From: an uncultured Candidatus Rokubacteria bacterium
Lineage (GTDB): Bacteria > Methylomirabilota > Methylomirabilia > Rokubacteriales > CSP1-6
Assembly: GCA_963747235.1 (NCBI GenBank)
Contig: CAVVEU010000033.1
Location: 320,001-384,000, forward strand
Length of the DNA: 64,000 nt
Direction of reading: 5' to 3'
Part shown: positions 12,176 to 23,823 of the stretch, one piece after another
Layout: every line of letters starts with the position of its first letter
Position numbering within the stretch: position 1 is the first letter of the stretch
Made by a program: the position numbers and the translations under genes
Notes under the pieces: model-generated
The model's database searches: none
Seen by the model: only the letters and a program-made list of their open reading frames with translations
Told to the model about the DNA's origin: nothing

Positions 12176-13144
12176 CTACTTCTTCTTCAGCATCCCCAGA
12201 CGCGTCAGCACCTCGGTGTGGAACTTGTACTCCTTCCAGATGTCCGCCTTGAGCTGATCGCCCGCGCGGTAGTCGATCTCGATGGCCCGCTGCTTGATCA
12301 GGGCGATGAACTGCGGCTCCTCCATCACCGCCTTCGTCGCGTCGTGGATGTACTTCAGCACGGGCCCGGGCGTGCCCTTGGGCGCCACCAGGATGAACGA
12401 GATGCCGCTGGCCGCGTCCCAGCCCAGCTCCTTGGCGGTCGGGACGTCGGGGAAGAACGGGTTCCGCTTCGCCTGGAAGACCATGAGCGCGCGGAGCTTG
12501 CCGCCCTCGACCAGCGGCCGCACCTCGCCGGGCTGCGCCACCACGCTCTCGATGTGGCCGCCGAGCAGCGCGGGGCTCGACTCGCCCCAGCCCGCGAACG
12601 GCACGTGCGTGATGTTCACGCCGGACAGGCGCTTGAGCTCTTCGAGGTTCAGGTGGCTCGAGGTCCCCTCGCCGGGCGAGCCCGCCCGCAGCTTGCCGGG
12701 GCTGGCCTTGGCCGCGGCCACGAGCTCCTGCATCGTCTTCCACGGCGCGTCGGCCTTCACCGCGATCACCGAGTAGAACGCCACGGTGTTGATGATCGAT
12801 TCGTAGTCGTCGGGCGTCTTGTACGGCAGATCGTTGAGCTGCGGATGGATGACCAGGGTGGAGATCGGCGCCAGGATGATGGTGTAGCCGTCCGGCTTGG
12901 CCTGCACCAGCTCCGCCACCGCGAGCGAGCCGCCGCCGCCCGGCCGGGTGACGACGCCGACGCCCTTCGGGTACTTCTTCTTGAGCCCCTCCGCCAGGGC
13001 GCGGGCCACGATGTCCACCATGCCGCCCGCCGGGTAGCCGCTCAGGATGGTGAGCGGGCGCTCCGGGTACTCGGCGGCCGCCGGCCAGGCGCCGACGAGC
13101 AGGAGCAGCAGAAGGGTCAGGACGCTCGACGCGAAGCGGAACAT
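12176..13144 (-). CDS. tctC: TctC/Bug substrate-binding protein
   Basis: YPERPLTI, YPAGGMVD, KPDGYTI, PDVPTAKELG; GAGGAGG SD upstream. Confidence 0.93.
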   Translation of the reverse strand: MFRFASSVLTLLLLLLVGAWPAAAEYPERPLTILSGYPAGGMVDIVARALAEGLKKKYPKGVGVVTRPGGGGSLAVAELVQAKPDGYTIILAPISTLVIHPQLNDLPYKTPDDYESIINTVAFYSVIAVKADAPWKTMQELVAAAKASPGKLRAGSPGEGTSSHLNLEELKRLSGVNITHVPFAGWGESSPALLGGHIESVVAQPGEVRPLVEGGKLRALMVFQAKRNPFFPDVPTAKELGWDAASGISFILVAPKGTPGPVLKYIHDATKAVMEEPQFIALIKQRAIEIDYRAGDQLKADIWKEYKFHTEVLTRLGMLKKK

Positions 13145-13185
13145 GAGCACCTCCTCGTGCGTAAAGGTGCGGCATCTTAACACGA

Positions 13186-13214
13186 TTGACACGGCCGGAC
13201 GGGCCTCCTATGAT
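13186..13214 (+). promoter_or_regulatory. Sigma70-type promoter of the ABC operon starting at 13270
   Basis: TTGACA-17 nt-TATGAT. Confidence 0.75.
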
Positions 13215-13269
13215 ACCGGCCACCTGACCCCCGAAGAGGCGCGCTCACTCAACGCAGAGGAGACAACCC

Positions 13270-14492
13270 ATGGATCGGCGCTCATTCCTGGCAACCACCG
13301 CGGCTGGTGCCGCGGCCCTGTCGTTCCCGGCCATCCTCCGCGCGCAGAGCAAGGACCCGCTCCGGATCGGCTGCCCGCTGCCGCTGACCGGCCCCTTCGC
13401 GGCCCTCGCCGCGGACATGCAGCGCGGCGCCCAGCTCGCGCAGGACGAGCTCAACGCCAAGGGCGGCGTCATGGGCCGCAAGGTCGAGGTGCTCTTCCGC
13501 GACGACGAGCTCAAGCCCGCGGTCGGCGCCCAGCGCACCAAGGAGCTGATCGAGAACGACAGAAGTGCCAGTTCATCGTGGGCGGCCTCGCCGCGCACGT
13601 GCAGATGGCCATCAACGAGCAGACCAAGAAGTCCAAGGTGCTCTTCATCTCGACCAGCCAGTCCGACGAGATCAGCGCCAAGCCGGACACGCAGCCCGAT
13701 CACCTTCCACGAGGCGCTCAACCCCACGATCACCTGCCGCGTCGATGGGCACGTGGATCGCCCAGAACCTCGGCAAGAAGTGGTGGATCGTCTACGCCGA
13801 CTACGCGTGGGGCAAGCAGAACAACGCGGTGCTCCAGGACACGCTCGCGAAGCAGGGCGGCACCCTGCTCGGCGCCACCCCGTACCCGCTCGGCAGCGCC
13901 GAGTTCTCCGCCCACCTGCCGAAGATCCAGGCGGCCAAGCCCGAGGTGTTCGTGTACGTGACGCCCGGCGCGGACAACATCGCGCTTCCTCAAGCAGGTC
14001 GAGCAGCTTCGGCATGAAGAAGACCATGAAGATCGCCCAGCCGCTGCTCTGGATCTCCTACCTCAAGGAAGGCGGGGCCGAGCTCTACGCGGACGTCTAC
14101 GGCGCGATCAACTGGTACTGGGAGCTGCAGGACTCGATCCCGTCGGCGAAGAAGTTCGTCGAGGCCTCCATGAAGAAGTTCAACGTGCCGCCCGGCGACT
14201 ACGGCGCCTACTCCTACTCGCGGCGTGCTCGAGGTGGCGCGCGGCGTGGAGCTGGCCAAGTCCACCGACGCCGAGGCGGTCGCCAACGCGCTCCGCAAGA
14301 GCCCGGTCTACGACCACTTCAAGGGCAAGCAGTGGTGGCGGGCCTGCGACAACAAGTCCATGCAGGACATGTGGATCGTCAAGGGGCGGGCCCGGCAAGA
14401 CCAAGGGCGACTGGGGCTCGATGGACATCGTGGCCAAGGTGGCCGCGAACGAGAAGTACGACCGCACCTGCAAGGAGAAGGGCTACGCCTAA
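13270..14492 (+). CDS. Branched-chain amino acid-type ABC substrate-binding protein with Tat signal; several frameshifts
   Basis: MDRRSFL, IGCPLPLTGPFA, NAKGGVMGRKVE..RDDE, YADYAWG across frames. Confidence 0.85.
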
Positions 14493-14497
14493 GCTCG

Positions 14498-15391
14498 TGC
14501 CCGAGTTCTCTCGCCGCGGTCCTGCCCCAGATCTTCACCGGCCTGGTGCTGGGGATGATCTTCGTGCTGCTCGCCATCGGCCTGTCGCTGATCTTCGGGC
14601 TGATGACCGTGGTGAACTTCTCCCACGGCGCGCTCTACATGCTGGGCGCGTACTTCGCCGTGTTCCTGCTCGGCTACACGCAAGAACTTCTGGGTGGCGC
14701 TGATGCGTGGCGCCGCTCATGGTCGGCGCGCTCGGGCTGCTCATCGAGCGCTTCCTCATCCGGCGGCTCTACGGACGGAGCCCGGACGATCCGCTGCTGC
14801 TCACCTTCGGCCTCTCGCTGGTCCTCGATCGAGACCGTCAAGGTCGTTCTGGGGCAAGATCGGGCTCACGCTCGATCCGCCCCGGGCGCTGGCGCGGCGC
14901 GGTCGACCTGGGCTTCATGGCCTTCCCCGCCTACCGGCTCTTCGTCATCGCGGTCACCGTCGCGGTGCTGATCGGCCTCTGGGCTTCTTCCTCGAGACGC
15001 ACCAACGTCGGGCTCATCATCCGCGCGGGCTCGCGCGATCCGCTGATGGTCCGCGCGCTCGGCATCGACCTCAACCGCATCTGGCTGCTCGTCTTCGGCA
15101 TCGGCTACCGCGCTGGCCGGGCTCGGCCGGCATCCTGGCCGGGCCCGATGCGCGGCGCCTACGCCGAGATGGGCGTGACCATGGTCATCGAGTCGTTCGT
15201 GGTCGTCGTGGTGGGCGGCATGGGCAGCCTGCTCGGCGCGGTGGTGGCCGGGCTCCTCATCGGCCAGGTGGTCGGGCATCACCACGCTCTTCGCGCCCAA
15301 GCTCGCCGAGATCATGGTGTTCGTGGTGATGGCGGTCGTCCTGCTCGTGCGGCCGAGCGGCCTCTTCGGCGAGGCCGGGCTCGCGGAGTGA
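14498..15391 (+). CDS. LivH-type ABC permease, frameshifted
   Basis: GLSLIFGLMTVVNFSHGALYMLGAY, VVVVGGMGSL, RPSGLFG. Confidence 0.85.
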
Positions 15392-16330
15392 GCGTGCTCC
15401 GGCGTGTCGCGCTTCGCATCGCCGCGCATCCCGGTGCTCGGCCTTCTGGCATCTTCTTCGCCCTGTTTCCGTTCATCATGCCCTACCGCACCATGGCCTA
15501 CCCAGGTGCTGATCTTCGGCCTGCTTCGCGCTCGGCTTCAACCTGCTCTACGGCTACACGGGCTGCTCTCCTTCGGCCACGCGGCCTACTACGGCCTCGG
15601 CGCCTACGGCACCGGCATCGCGCTCGCCAAGCTCCAGATGGGCTCGCTCTGGCTCGGGCTCGCCTCGGGTCCGCTCCTGGCCGTCCTGGGCGGCGCCGCG
15701 ATCGGCTTCTTCTGCCTGCGGCGGCGCGGCATCTACTTCGCGATGCTGACCCTCGCCTTCGCCCAGCTCCTCTACTTCGTCGCGCTTCCACCTGGCCGAC
15801 GTGACCGGCGGCGACGACGGCCTGCGCGGCATCCCGCAGCTCGCCGCTCGGGCTCTTCGGCCTGGAAGATCTACCTCGAGAGCTCGCTCGGCCTTCTACT
15901 ACTTCACGTTCGTCCTGGTCTGGCTCGCGGTGGCTGGCGCTCAAGCGCATTCTCGACTCGCCCTTCGGCACCGTGCTCCAGGCGATCCGCGAGAACGGCG
16001 ACCGCGCGGCCGCCTGCGGCTACGACGTCAACCGCGTCAAGCACCTGTCCTTCGTCTTCTCCGCCTTCTTCGCCGGCCTGGCGGGCGGCACTGGACGCGC
16101 TGCGGCTCACGGTCGTGCCCGTCGAGTCGCTGTACTGGATCACCTCGGGCCAGGTGGTGATCATGACGCTGCTCGGCGGCGCGGGCACCTTCTTCGGTCC
16201 CTTCGTCGGCGCCGGCACCTACCTGGTGCTGGAGGACCGGCTGGCCGTCGTTCACCGAGCGCTGGCCGCTCGTCATCGGGCCGATCTTCTGCCTCGTTCT
16301 TCCTGTTCCGGTGGCGCGTCCAAGCGGCGT
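15388..16330 (+). CDS. LivM-type ABC permease, frameshifted; 3' end unclear
   Basis: GLLSFGHAAYYGLGAY, RGIYFAMLTLAF, TGGDDGL, LGGAGTFFGP. Confidence 0.75.
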
Positions 16331-16365
16331 ATCTCGGGGCAAACGCATCACCAAGGAGGACATCC

Positions 16366-16828
16366 ATGGCCGTCAAGGTGCTGGAGCTCCACCATCACGG
16401 CATCCGCGTCGGGCCCTCGCCCGACGAGACGCGAAGAAGTCGCTTCGGCTTCTACCACGACGTGCTCGGCCTCGACGCCGATCACGGGTCGCCCGACGAT
16501 CCCGGCGATCGACGGCTACTGGATGGACTGCGGCGACGACACGCAGATCCACCTCATGGGCGTGGACGGGGCGTCGCAAGCTACGCCAAGGGCCCCGACA
16601 GCAGGATCCCGTCGACGCCCCACGTGGCCCTGGCCGTGCCCGACATCCAGGAGGCCAAGCGCGAGCTCGACCGCATGGGCGTGACGTACTGGAGCACGAT
16701 GGCCGTGGTCGGCCCCCAGCTCGCAGCAGATCTTCATGTACGACCCGCACGGCAACCTGATCGAGCTGCACGAGGCGGACACCTGCCGCTGCGAGACGTC
16801 CGACCGCAAGCCCGTCGGCGGCGCATGA
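16366..16828 (+). CDS. VOC/glyoxalase-family protein, frameshifted
   Basis: LHHHGIRV, FYHDVLGL, QIHL, HVALAVPD, DPHGNLIEL; AGGAGG SD. Confidence 0.85.
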
Positions 16829-18035
16829 GCTCGACCTATGGCTGGCTAGACCGGTGGCGGCCGGAGGAGCCGTCGTCGACCGCGTCGGACGCGCTCGACG
16901 CGCGAGAACGATCGCCCCGCGCGCGGCCGAGTACGACCGCGAGGGCACCAATCCGATCGAGAGCTGGCGCGATCTCCGCCGCGGGACGGCTTTCTCGGCT
17001 CGCGCAGTTCCCACCGCGCACGGCGGCCTCGGGCTCGACATGCCGACCTACATCGGCGTGATCCGCACCATCGCCCGGGGCTGCGCCAACACCGCCATGA
17101 CGGTGCACATGCACTCCACGGTCATGCGCTTCATCGACGCGCTCGGCACCGAGGCGCAGAAGCGCCGCTACTTCGGCGAGGTCGTCGAGCGACGGCAAGC
17201 TCTTCGGGAGCTGGGGCAGCGAGCCCGCGGTGAGCCTCTCGCGCACCTTCCTGATGGAGACGGTCGTCCGCGCAGGACGGCGACGCGCTGGGTGGTGGAC
17301 GGCGTGAAGCACTTCTGCACGATGGCCCTGGGCGCCTCGTACTACATGGTCTGGTGCGCGCTCGACGGCGGCGCCGACATGGGCAAGGCCCTGCTCCTGG
17401 TGCTGGTGCCCGCCGAGACGCCCCGGCATCGCCACCGACGGCAAGTGGAACACGCTCGGCATGCGCGCGACCTTCAGCCCCTCGGTCACCTTCACGGGCG
17501 TGCGCGTGCCGAAGGACACGGCGCTCGGCGAGCCCGGCGCCGGGCTCCGGGTGGGCGTGGTGGAGAGCTTCGCGCTGGGCTACGCCGCGGTCTACCTGGG
17601 CATCGCGGAGGCGCGCCCTCGCCTTCGCCGCGACTACGCCAAGAAGCGCGTCGTGAAGCCCGAGAACGTCCCGGTGGCCAACGATCCCGCGGTGCAGCGC
17701 CACATCGGCGAGCTGTCGCGGCGCACCTCGACGGCGCGCTGCTCGTGCTGGCACGACTCCGCCGAGCGCTGGGAGGCCGGCCGACGTCGTGCGCAGCGCG
17801 GCCTGCTCGGCCAACAAGGCCAAGTACCTCGCCACGGAGGTCGGGCTCGCACGTCACCTCGCAGGTGATCCAGGTCGTGGGCGGCCGCGGCGCCTACAAG
17901 GACTTCCCGGCCGAGCGCGCCTTCCGCGACCTCCGCACCTCGACCCTCATGCCGCCCACGGTGGACCGCATGCTCGAGGGCATCGGCAAGACCGCCCTCG
18001 GCATCGAGGGCGTCATGTTCAAGGTCGCCCAGTAA
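16825..18035 (+). CDS. Acyl-CoA dehydrogenase-family flavoprotein, frameshifted; paralog of the gene at 1-892
   Basis: PRAAEYDREG, HGGLG, GTEAQKRRYF, GVKHFCT, WNTLGMRAT, ERAFRD. Confidence 0.85.
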
Positions 18036-18069
18036 GCGGCGTCGAGCAGACACGGGGAGAAGCGCCTCG

Positions 18070-19042
18070 ATGAAGCGTCGAGACTTCTTGTCGCTGCTCG
18101 GCGGCGCCGTCGCTGCGTGGCCCTCGCCCGCGCGCGCGCAGCCGAGGGCGATGCCGACGGTGGGCGTCCTGCTCGTCTTCTCGCGCGAGGCCGGGCAAAC
18201 CTTCACGGATCCGATCCGCGCCTACCTACAGGCGCTGGGACACGCCGAAGGCCGCAACATCGTGTTCGACTTCCGCTATGCCGACGGCAAGCCCGATCGT
18301 CTGCCCGGCCTCGCCGCCGATCTCGCCGGACAGCGCCCTGCGGTGATCGCTACCTTTGGCGATGCCGCCGGGCTCGCCGCCAAAGGCGGCGACCACCACC
18401 ATTCCCATCGTGGCCATGTCCGAAGACCTGGTCAGAGCCGGGCTCGTCGCCAACATGCGACAGCCGGCGGGTAACATCACCGGCGTGAGCATCATGGGCA
18501 CCGAGCTCGACGCCAAGCGGCTGGAAGGTCTCGCGGAGCTCGTGCCTCCGCGCAGCACCGTCCTGCTTCTCGGGGACCAGACCACGCATCGAGAATCGCG
18601 GCCGGCGCTCGACGCGACCGCCGCGGCTCGGCGCCTCACGCTGCGCGAAGCGCTCGTCGGCACCCCGGATCAGCTCGAACGGGCACTTCGAGAGGCCAAG
18701 GCGAGCGGGGTCGCCGGCGTGAACGTGCTCGCGTCGGCGGTGCTCTTTGCCCTGCGCGGCCGTATCATCACGCTGGCGGCGGAGCTCGGGCTGCCGGCGA
18801 TGTACCAGTGGCCGGAGACCGCGGACGAGGGCGGACTGATCGCCTATGGTCCGAGCCTTCGTCGAGCCTTCCGTCAGGTGACCACGCTCGTCGACAAGGT
18901 TCTCCAGGGTGCCAGCCCCGCCGACCTCCCGGTCGAGCAGCCCACCAAGTTCGACCTGGTCGTCAACCTCACCACCGCCAAGGCCCTCCGATTGGCGATC
19001 CCCCCGTCGCTGCTGCTACGGGCGGATCGGGTTCTCGAGTGA
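18070..19042 (+). CDS. ABC_sub_bind-family substrate-binding protein, frameshift near 18385
   Basis: MKRRDFL, TTTIPIV, GGLIAYGP, PADLPVEQPTKFDLVVNLTTAKAL. Confidence 0.9.
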
Positions 19043-20122
19043 TCCGCAGCGACGTGATCGGGAGCCTCCTCCGGCCGCCCGCCCTCAAGGAGGCCCGCCA
19101 GCGCCTGGAGCGCGGCGAGCTCTCCGCCGCCGCGTTCAAGCAGGTCGAGGACCGCGCGGTGGACGACGCGGTGCGCCTGCAGGAGGACGCCGGCCTCGAC
19201 GTGGTCACCGACGGCGAGCTGCGCCGCTACGCCTTCTTCGGCCATCTGATCGACGCGCTCGACGGCTTCGACAAGCTGGGCGGCTGGGCCATCCCGTTCC
19301 ACAACGAGCAGGGCGAGCGGCTCGTCTTCAAGCGCCCGGTGGTCGTCGAGAAGCTCCGCTGGCGCCGCAGCATGTGCACCGAGGAGTTCGTCTACCTGCG
19401 CGCGCGCACGACGCGGCCCACCAAGGTCACGCTGATCAGCAGCCAGCAGGCCGCCGCCTACTACGATCCCGAGAAGTCCACCGGCGCCTACCCGACGCGC
19501 GACGCCTACCTGGCCGACATCGTGGATCTCACGCGGCGCGAGGTGGCCGGAGCTGGTCGCGCTCGGCTGCACCTACATCCAGATCGACGCGCCCCAGTAC
19601 GCGGCGCTGCTCGATCCCGAGCTCCGCGAGGGCTACCGCCAGCGCGGCAGCGATCCCGACCGCCTGATCGACGCGTGCATCGAGATGGATAACGCGGTGA
19701 TCGGCACGCACCCCGGCGTCACCTTCGGCCTGCACATCTGCCGCGGCAACAACCAGTCCATGTTCTACGCCAGCGGCGGCTACGAGCCGATCGCGCGCGT
19801 GTTCACCCGGAGCCGCTTCCAGCGCTTCCTGCTCGAGTACGACGACGCGCGCTCGGGCGGCTTCGAGCCGCTGCGCGCGATGCCGGACGACCGCACGGTG
19901 GTCCTCGGCCTCGTGACGACCAAGATGCCGCGCCTCGAGTCGGTGGCCGAGCTACGCGCCCGCGTGGAGGAGGCCGCCCGCTACCTCCCGCTCGAGCGGC
20001 TCGCGCTCAGCCCGCAGTGCGGCTTCGCCTCGACCATGGAGGGCAACCGGATCTCGCCAGAGGAGCAGCGGGCCAAGCTCCACCGCGTGGCCGAGACCGC
20101 CCGATCGATCTGGACCGCCTGA
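19039..20122 (+). CDS. Cobalamin-independent methionine synthase catalytic-domain (MetE-II/YxjH-like) protein, frameshift near 19550
   Basis: VIGSLLRP, VTDGELRR, QIDAP, HICRGN, LEYD, SPQCGFAS. Confidence 0.88.
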
Positions 20123-20151
20123 TTCCACGCATCGACTTCAAGGAGACCAAC

Positions 20152-21333
20152 ATGAGAATGCTCGCCCTGCTCGCGCTCGCCCTGCTCGGCCTCGCTCCGA
20201 CCGCCGTCTGGGCTCAGACCGTGAAGATGGGTGCGGTGGTCCCGCTCACCGGCCGCTACGGCGCGGGCGGCGCCCAGATCCGCGCCGGCTACGAGATCGC
20301 GGTGGAGCAGATCAACGCGGCCGGCGGTATCACCGTCGGCTCCGCCAAGCTGCCGATCGAGCTGATCCTGCAGGACGACGAGTCCGACGCCACCAAGACT
20401 GTCGCGCGGCTCGAGGGCCTGGCGGCCCAGGGCGTGGCGGGCTACCTCGGCGGCTTCGGCTCCGACCTGCACGCGGCCGCCGCCTCGGTGGCGGAGAAGA
20501 ACCGCGTGCCGTACCTGGGCGTGGCCTTCGCGCTGCAGAAGATTCACCAGCAGGGCTTCCGCTATCTCTTCTCGCCGTTCTGGAAGTCCCCCGATATCGG
20601 CCAGGCCACCCAGGGGCTGCTCGGCCTCATCCCGGCGGCGGAGCGGCCGAAGACCGTCGCGATCTTCCAGGAGAAGACCGACTGGGGCCGCGAGATGGCG
20701 GCGGCGTGGACGGAAACGGGCAAGACCGCCGGCTACCAGGTGGTGGTCACCGGCGAGTACGCGCCGGGCGCCAAGGACTTCTCCGACATCATCCTGAAGG
20801 CCCGGACCGCGAACGCGGACGCGGTGCTGGCGCTGCCCACCCCGCCCGACGGCATGACCATCGTCAAGCAGATGAAGGAGCTCGGCTACACGCCGAAGCT
20901 CGCGCTCTTCATCCGCGCCCCGGACGCCCAGATCTGGGCGCAGAACCTCGGCAAGGACGGCGACTTCATGGTGCTCGCGGCGGGCTGGCACCACGCCATG
21001 ACGGGCGCCGGCGTGAAGGAGCTGAACGACGCGCACCAGAAGAGATTCAACCGCCCGGCCGATCCGCTGGTGGGCCCGGCCTACGCGTGCGTGCAGATCC
21101 TGGCCGCGGCGGTCACGCGCGCGGGCGGGGCCGACCGGGAGAAGATCCGTGATGCCGTCGCCGCCACCAGCATGAACACGGTGATCGGCGCGGTGAAGTT
21201 CCGGCCGGACGGCACCGGCATCGTGCCGCAGGCGCTGCTGCAGTGGATCAACGGCAAGCAGGAGCTGGTGTGGCCGAAGGACGCCGCCACCGCCCCGCTC
21301 GCCTTCCCCGCGCCGCCCTTCGCGAAGCGCTAG
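20152..21333 (+). CDS. Amino acid ABC substrate-binding protein (LivK-like)
   Basis: Signal peptide, GAVVPLTG, INAAGGI, DDESD; AGGAG SD. Confidence 0.9.
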   Translation: MRMLALLALALLGLAPTAVWAQTVKMGAVVPLTGRYGAGGAQIRAGYEIAVEQINAAGGITVGSAKLPIELILQDDESDATKTVARLEGLAAQGVAGYLGGFGSDLHAAAASVAEKNRVPYLGVAFALQKIHQQGFRYLFSPFWKSPDIGQATQGLLGLIPAAERPKTVAIFQEKTDWGREMAAAWTETGKTAGYQVVVTGEYAPGAKDFSDIILKARTANADAVLALPTPPDGMTIVKQMKELGYTPKLALFIRAPDAQIWAQNLGKDGDFMVLAAGWHHAMTGAGVKELNDAHQKRFNRPADPLVGPAYACVQILAAAVTRAGGADREKIRDAVAATSMNTVIGAVKFRPDGTGIVPQALLQWINGKQELVWPKDAATAPLAFPAPPFAKR

Positions 21334-21334
21334 G

Positions 21335-22351
21335 GTGCGGACGCTCGTCTTCCTGGAGGCGGGCCGGCTCGAGTGGCAGGAGGCGCCCGACGCGGCGCTC
21401 GAGACGGCGGATGACGCCCTCGTCCGGCCGCTGGCGGTGGCCGCCTGCGATCTCGACGTCGCGCTGCTGCGCGGGCTGACCCCGTTCCAGGGGCCGTTCC
21501 CGATCGGCCACGAGTTCGTGGGCGAGGTCGCGGCGGTGGGCTCCGCGGTGACCGGCTTCGCCCCCGGCGACCGCGTCATCGTGCCGTTCCAGATCGGCTG
21601 CGGTGCCTGCGCCTGCTGCCGCTCCGGCCGCACCGGGAGCTGCGAGAGCGTGCCGCCCGTGTCCATGTATGGCTTCGAGCCCCTGGGCGGCCGCTGGGGC
21701 GGGGCGCTGTCCGACCTGGTGCGCGTGCCCTACGCCACGCATATGCTCGTCCGCCTGCCCGCCGGCCTCGATCCGGCCACGGTGGCCAGCATCAGCGACA
21801 ATGTCGCCGACGGCTGGCGCGCCGTCGGCCCGCCGCTCGCGGAGTACCCGGGGGCGCGCGTGCTGGTGCTGGGCGGCATCGGCAGCGTCCCGCTCTACGC
21901 GGTGGCCTGCGCCCTGGCGGCCGGCGCCGCGCGAGTGGACTACGTGGACCCCAATGGCGACCGCGCCGCGGTGGCGGAGGCCCTCGGCGCGAGCGTGAGC
22001 CGCCGGCCGCCCACCACGCGCGAGACCTACCCGATCACGGTGGACGGCAGTAATGATCCGCGCGGCCTGCGGCGCGCGCTCCAGTCGCTCGAGCCCGAGG
22101 GCATCTGCACCAGCGTCAGCATCTACTTCGGCGGGGACGTTCCCCTGCCGCTGCTGTCCATGTACACGCGCGGCGTCCGCTTCGTCACCGGCCGGGTGAA
22201 CTCGCGCGCCGCGCTGCCCCGCGTGCTGGAGCTGGTCGCGAGCGCCGGGCTCCGTCCCGAGCGCGTCACCTCCGAGATCATCCCGTGGGACCGGGCCGCG
22301 GAGGCGCTGGCGCGGCCGTCGCTGAAGCCGATCGTGGTCCGCGGCGCCTGA
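21335..22351 (+). CDS. Zn-dependent alcohol dehydrogenase (MDR family)
   Basis: ACDLD, GHEFVG, CGACACCRSG...C. Confidence 0.92.
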   Translation: MRTLVFLEAGRLEWQEAPDAALETADDALVRPLAVAACDLDVALLRGLTPFQGPFPIGHEFVGEVAAVGSAVTGFAPGDRVIVPFQIGCGACACCRSGRTGSCESVPPVSMYGFEPLGGRWGGALSDLVRVPYATHMLVRLPAGLDPATVASISDNVADGWRAVGPPLAEYPGARVLVLGGIGSVPLYAVACALAAGAARVDYVDPNGDRAAVAEALGASVSRRPPTTRETYPITVDGSNDPRGLRRALQSLEPEGICTSVSIYFGGDVPLPLLSMYTRGVRFVTGRVNSRAALPRVLELVASAGLRPERVTSEIIPWDRAAEALARPSLKPIVVRGA

Positions 22352-22357
22352 GCGGGC

Positions 22358-23095
22358 GTGGCGCTCCTGGAAGTCGAGCGGCTGTCCAAGGGCTTCGGCG
22401 GCGTCCTCGCGGTCAGCGACGTCAGCTTCACGATCGAGCCCGGCGAGCTGCTCGGCATCATGGGGCCGAACGGCTCCGGCAAGACCACGCTCTTCAACCT
22501 GATCGCGGGCGCCCTGCGGCCCGATCGCGGGCGCATCCGGCTCCAGGGCCGCGACGTGGCCGGGCTCGCTCCGCACCGGCTCTGCGCGCGCGGCGTGGCC
22601 CGCACCTTTCAGCTCGTCCGGCCCTTCGCCGGCCTCTCCGCGCTCGATAACGTGCGCGTGGGCTGCCTCTACGGCCGCAAGCGCGGCGGCGGGAGCGCGG
22701 GCGCGGAGGCGGCGCGCCTGCTCGCGCTGGTCGGCCTCGAGGGCCGGGCCGCGACGCCGGCCTCCGCGCTGACCCTGATGGATCGCAAGCGCCTCGAGCT
22801 GGCGCGGGCGCTGGCCACCGGGCCCGAGCTCCTGCTGCTGGACGAGTTCATGGCCGGGCTCAATCCGGCCGAGACGGCGGCCGCGATGGCCCTGATCCGG
22901 CGCCTGGTCGCCGACGGCCTCACCGTGCTGATGGTGGAGCACATCGTGTGGGCGCTGATGGACCTCGCGCAGCGGATCATGGTGCTGAGCGCGGGCGAGA
23001 AGATCGCGGATGGCTCGCCCGCCGTGGTGGCCGCCGACGCCCGCGTGGTGGACGTCTACCTGGGGGCCGCGCGGCCGCCCGACGCGCATGCGTGA
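22358..23095 (+). CDS. LivG-type ABC ATPase
   Basis: GPNGSGKTT, ARTFQ, LLDE, MVEH. Confidence 0.92.
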   Translation: MALLEVERLSKGFGGVLAVSDVSFTIEPGELLGIMGPNGSGKTTLFNLIAGALRPDRGRIRLQGRDVAGLAPHRLCARGVARTFQLVRPFAGLSALDNVRVGCLYGRKRGGGSAGAEAARLLALVGLEGRAATPASALTLMDRKRLELARALATGPELLLLDEFMAGLNPAETAAAMALIRRLVADGLTVLMVEHIVWALMDLAQRIMVLSAGEKIADGSPAVVAADARVVDVYLGAARPPDAHA

Positions 23096-23103
23096 GGACG
23101 CGC

Positions 23104-23823
23104 ATGCTTGAGATCGAGGGCCTCGAAGCGGCCTACGGCGACGTCCGCGTGCTCTCCGGCGTGACGCTCTCGGTGCGGCCCGGCGAGATCGTCGCGCTGC
23201 TCGGCCCCAACGGCGCGGGCAAGAGCACACTGCTGGCCTGCGTGGCCGGCCTCGTGCGGCCGCGCGCCGGCCGCATCCGCTGGGAAGGCGAGGACCTGCG
23301 CGCGGTGCCCGCGCACCTGATCGTGGAGCGCGGCCTCGCCATCGTGCCCGAGGGCCGCCGGCTCTTCGCGAGCATGACGGTGGAGGACAACCTGGAGCTG
23401 GGCGCCTTCTCCCCGCGCGCCCGCGCCGCGCGCCGCGAGAGCTACGAGCGCGTCTACGCGCTCTTCCCCGCCCTGCGTGAGCGCCGGCGGCAGATCGTGC
23501 GCGCGCTCTCGGGCGGCCAGCAGCAGATGGTGGCGGTGGGCCGCGCGCTGATGGCGAGCCCGCGCCTGCTCATGCTGGACGAGCCGTCGCTCGGCATCGC
23601 GCCCCAGCTCGTGCGCGCGATCCTGGACGCGCTGGCCGAGATCAACCGCGCGGGCGTGGCGATCTTCCTGATCGAGCAGAACGTGCGCGCGGCCCTCACT
23701 CTGGCCCACCGCGCCTACATCCTCGAGGGCGGGCGGGTGGCGGGCGAGGGCGGCGGCGCCGAGCTGCTGCGCGACCCGCACGTGCGACGCGCCTATCTGG
23801 GGCCGCTCGCGGTCGGCGAGTGA
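23104..23823 (+). CDS. LivF-type ABC ATPase
   Basis: GPNGAGKST, VPEGRRLF, LSGGQQQM, DEPSLG. Confidence 0.92.
   Translation: MLEIEGLEAAYGDVRVLSGVTLSVRPGEIVALLGPNGAGKSTLLACVAGLVRPRAGRIRWEGEDLRAVPAHLIVERGLAIVPEGRRLFASMTVEDNLELGAFSPRARAARRESYERVYALFPALRERRRQIVRALSGGQQQMVAVGRALMASPRLLMLDEPSLGIAPQLVRAILDALAEINRAGVAIFLIEQNVRAALTLAHRAYILEGGRVAGEGGGAELLRDPHVRRAYLGPLAVGE

Noticed and set aside
13270-18035. Programmed frameshifting or mass pseudogenisation
   Set aside because: Indels cluster by region, hit unrelated genes, show no slippery motifs and come without nonsense decay; long-read error is the simpler explanation
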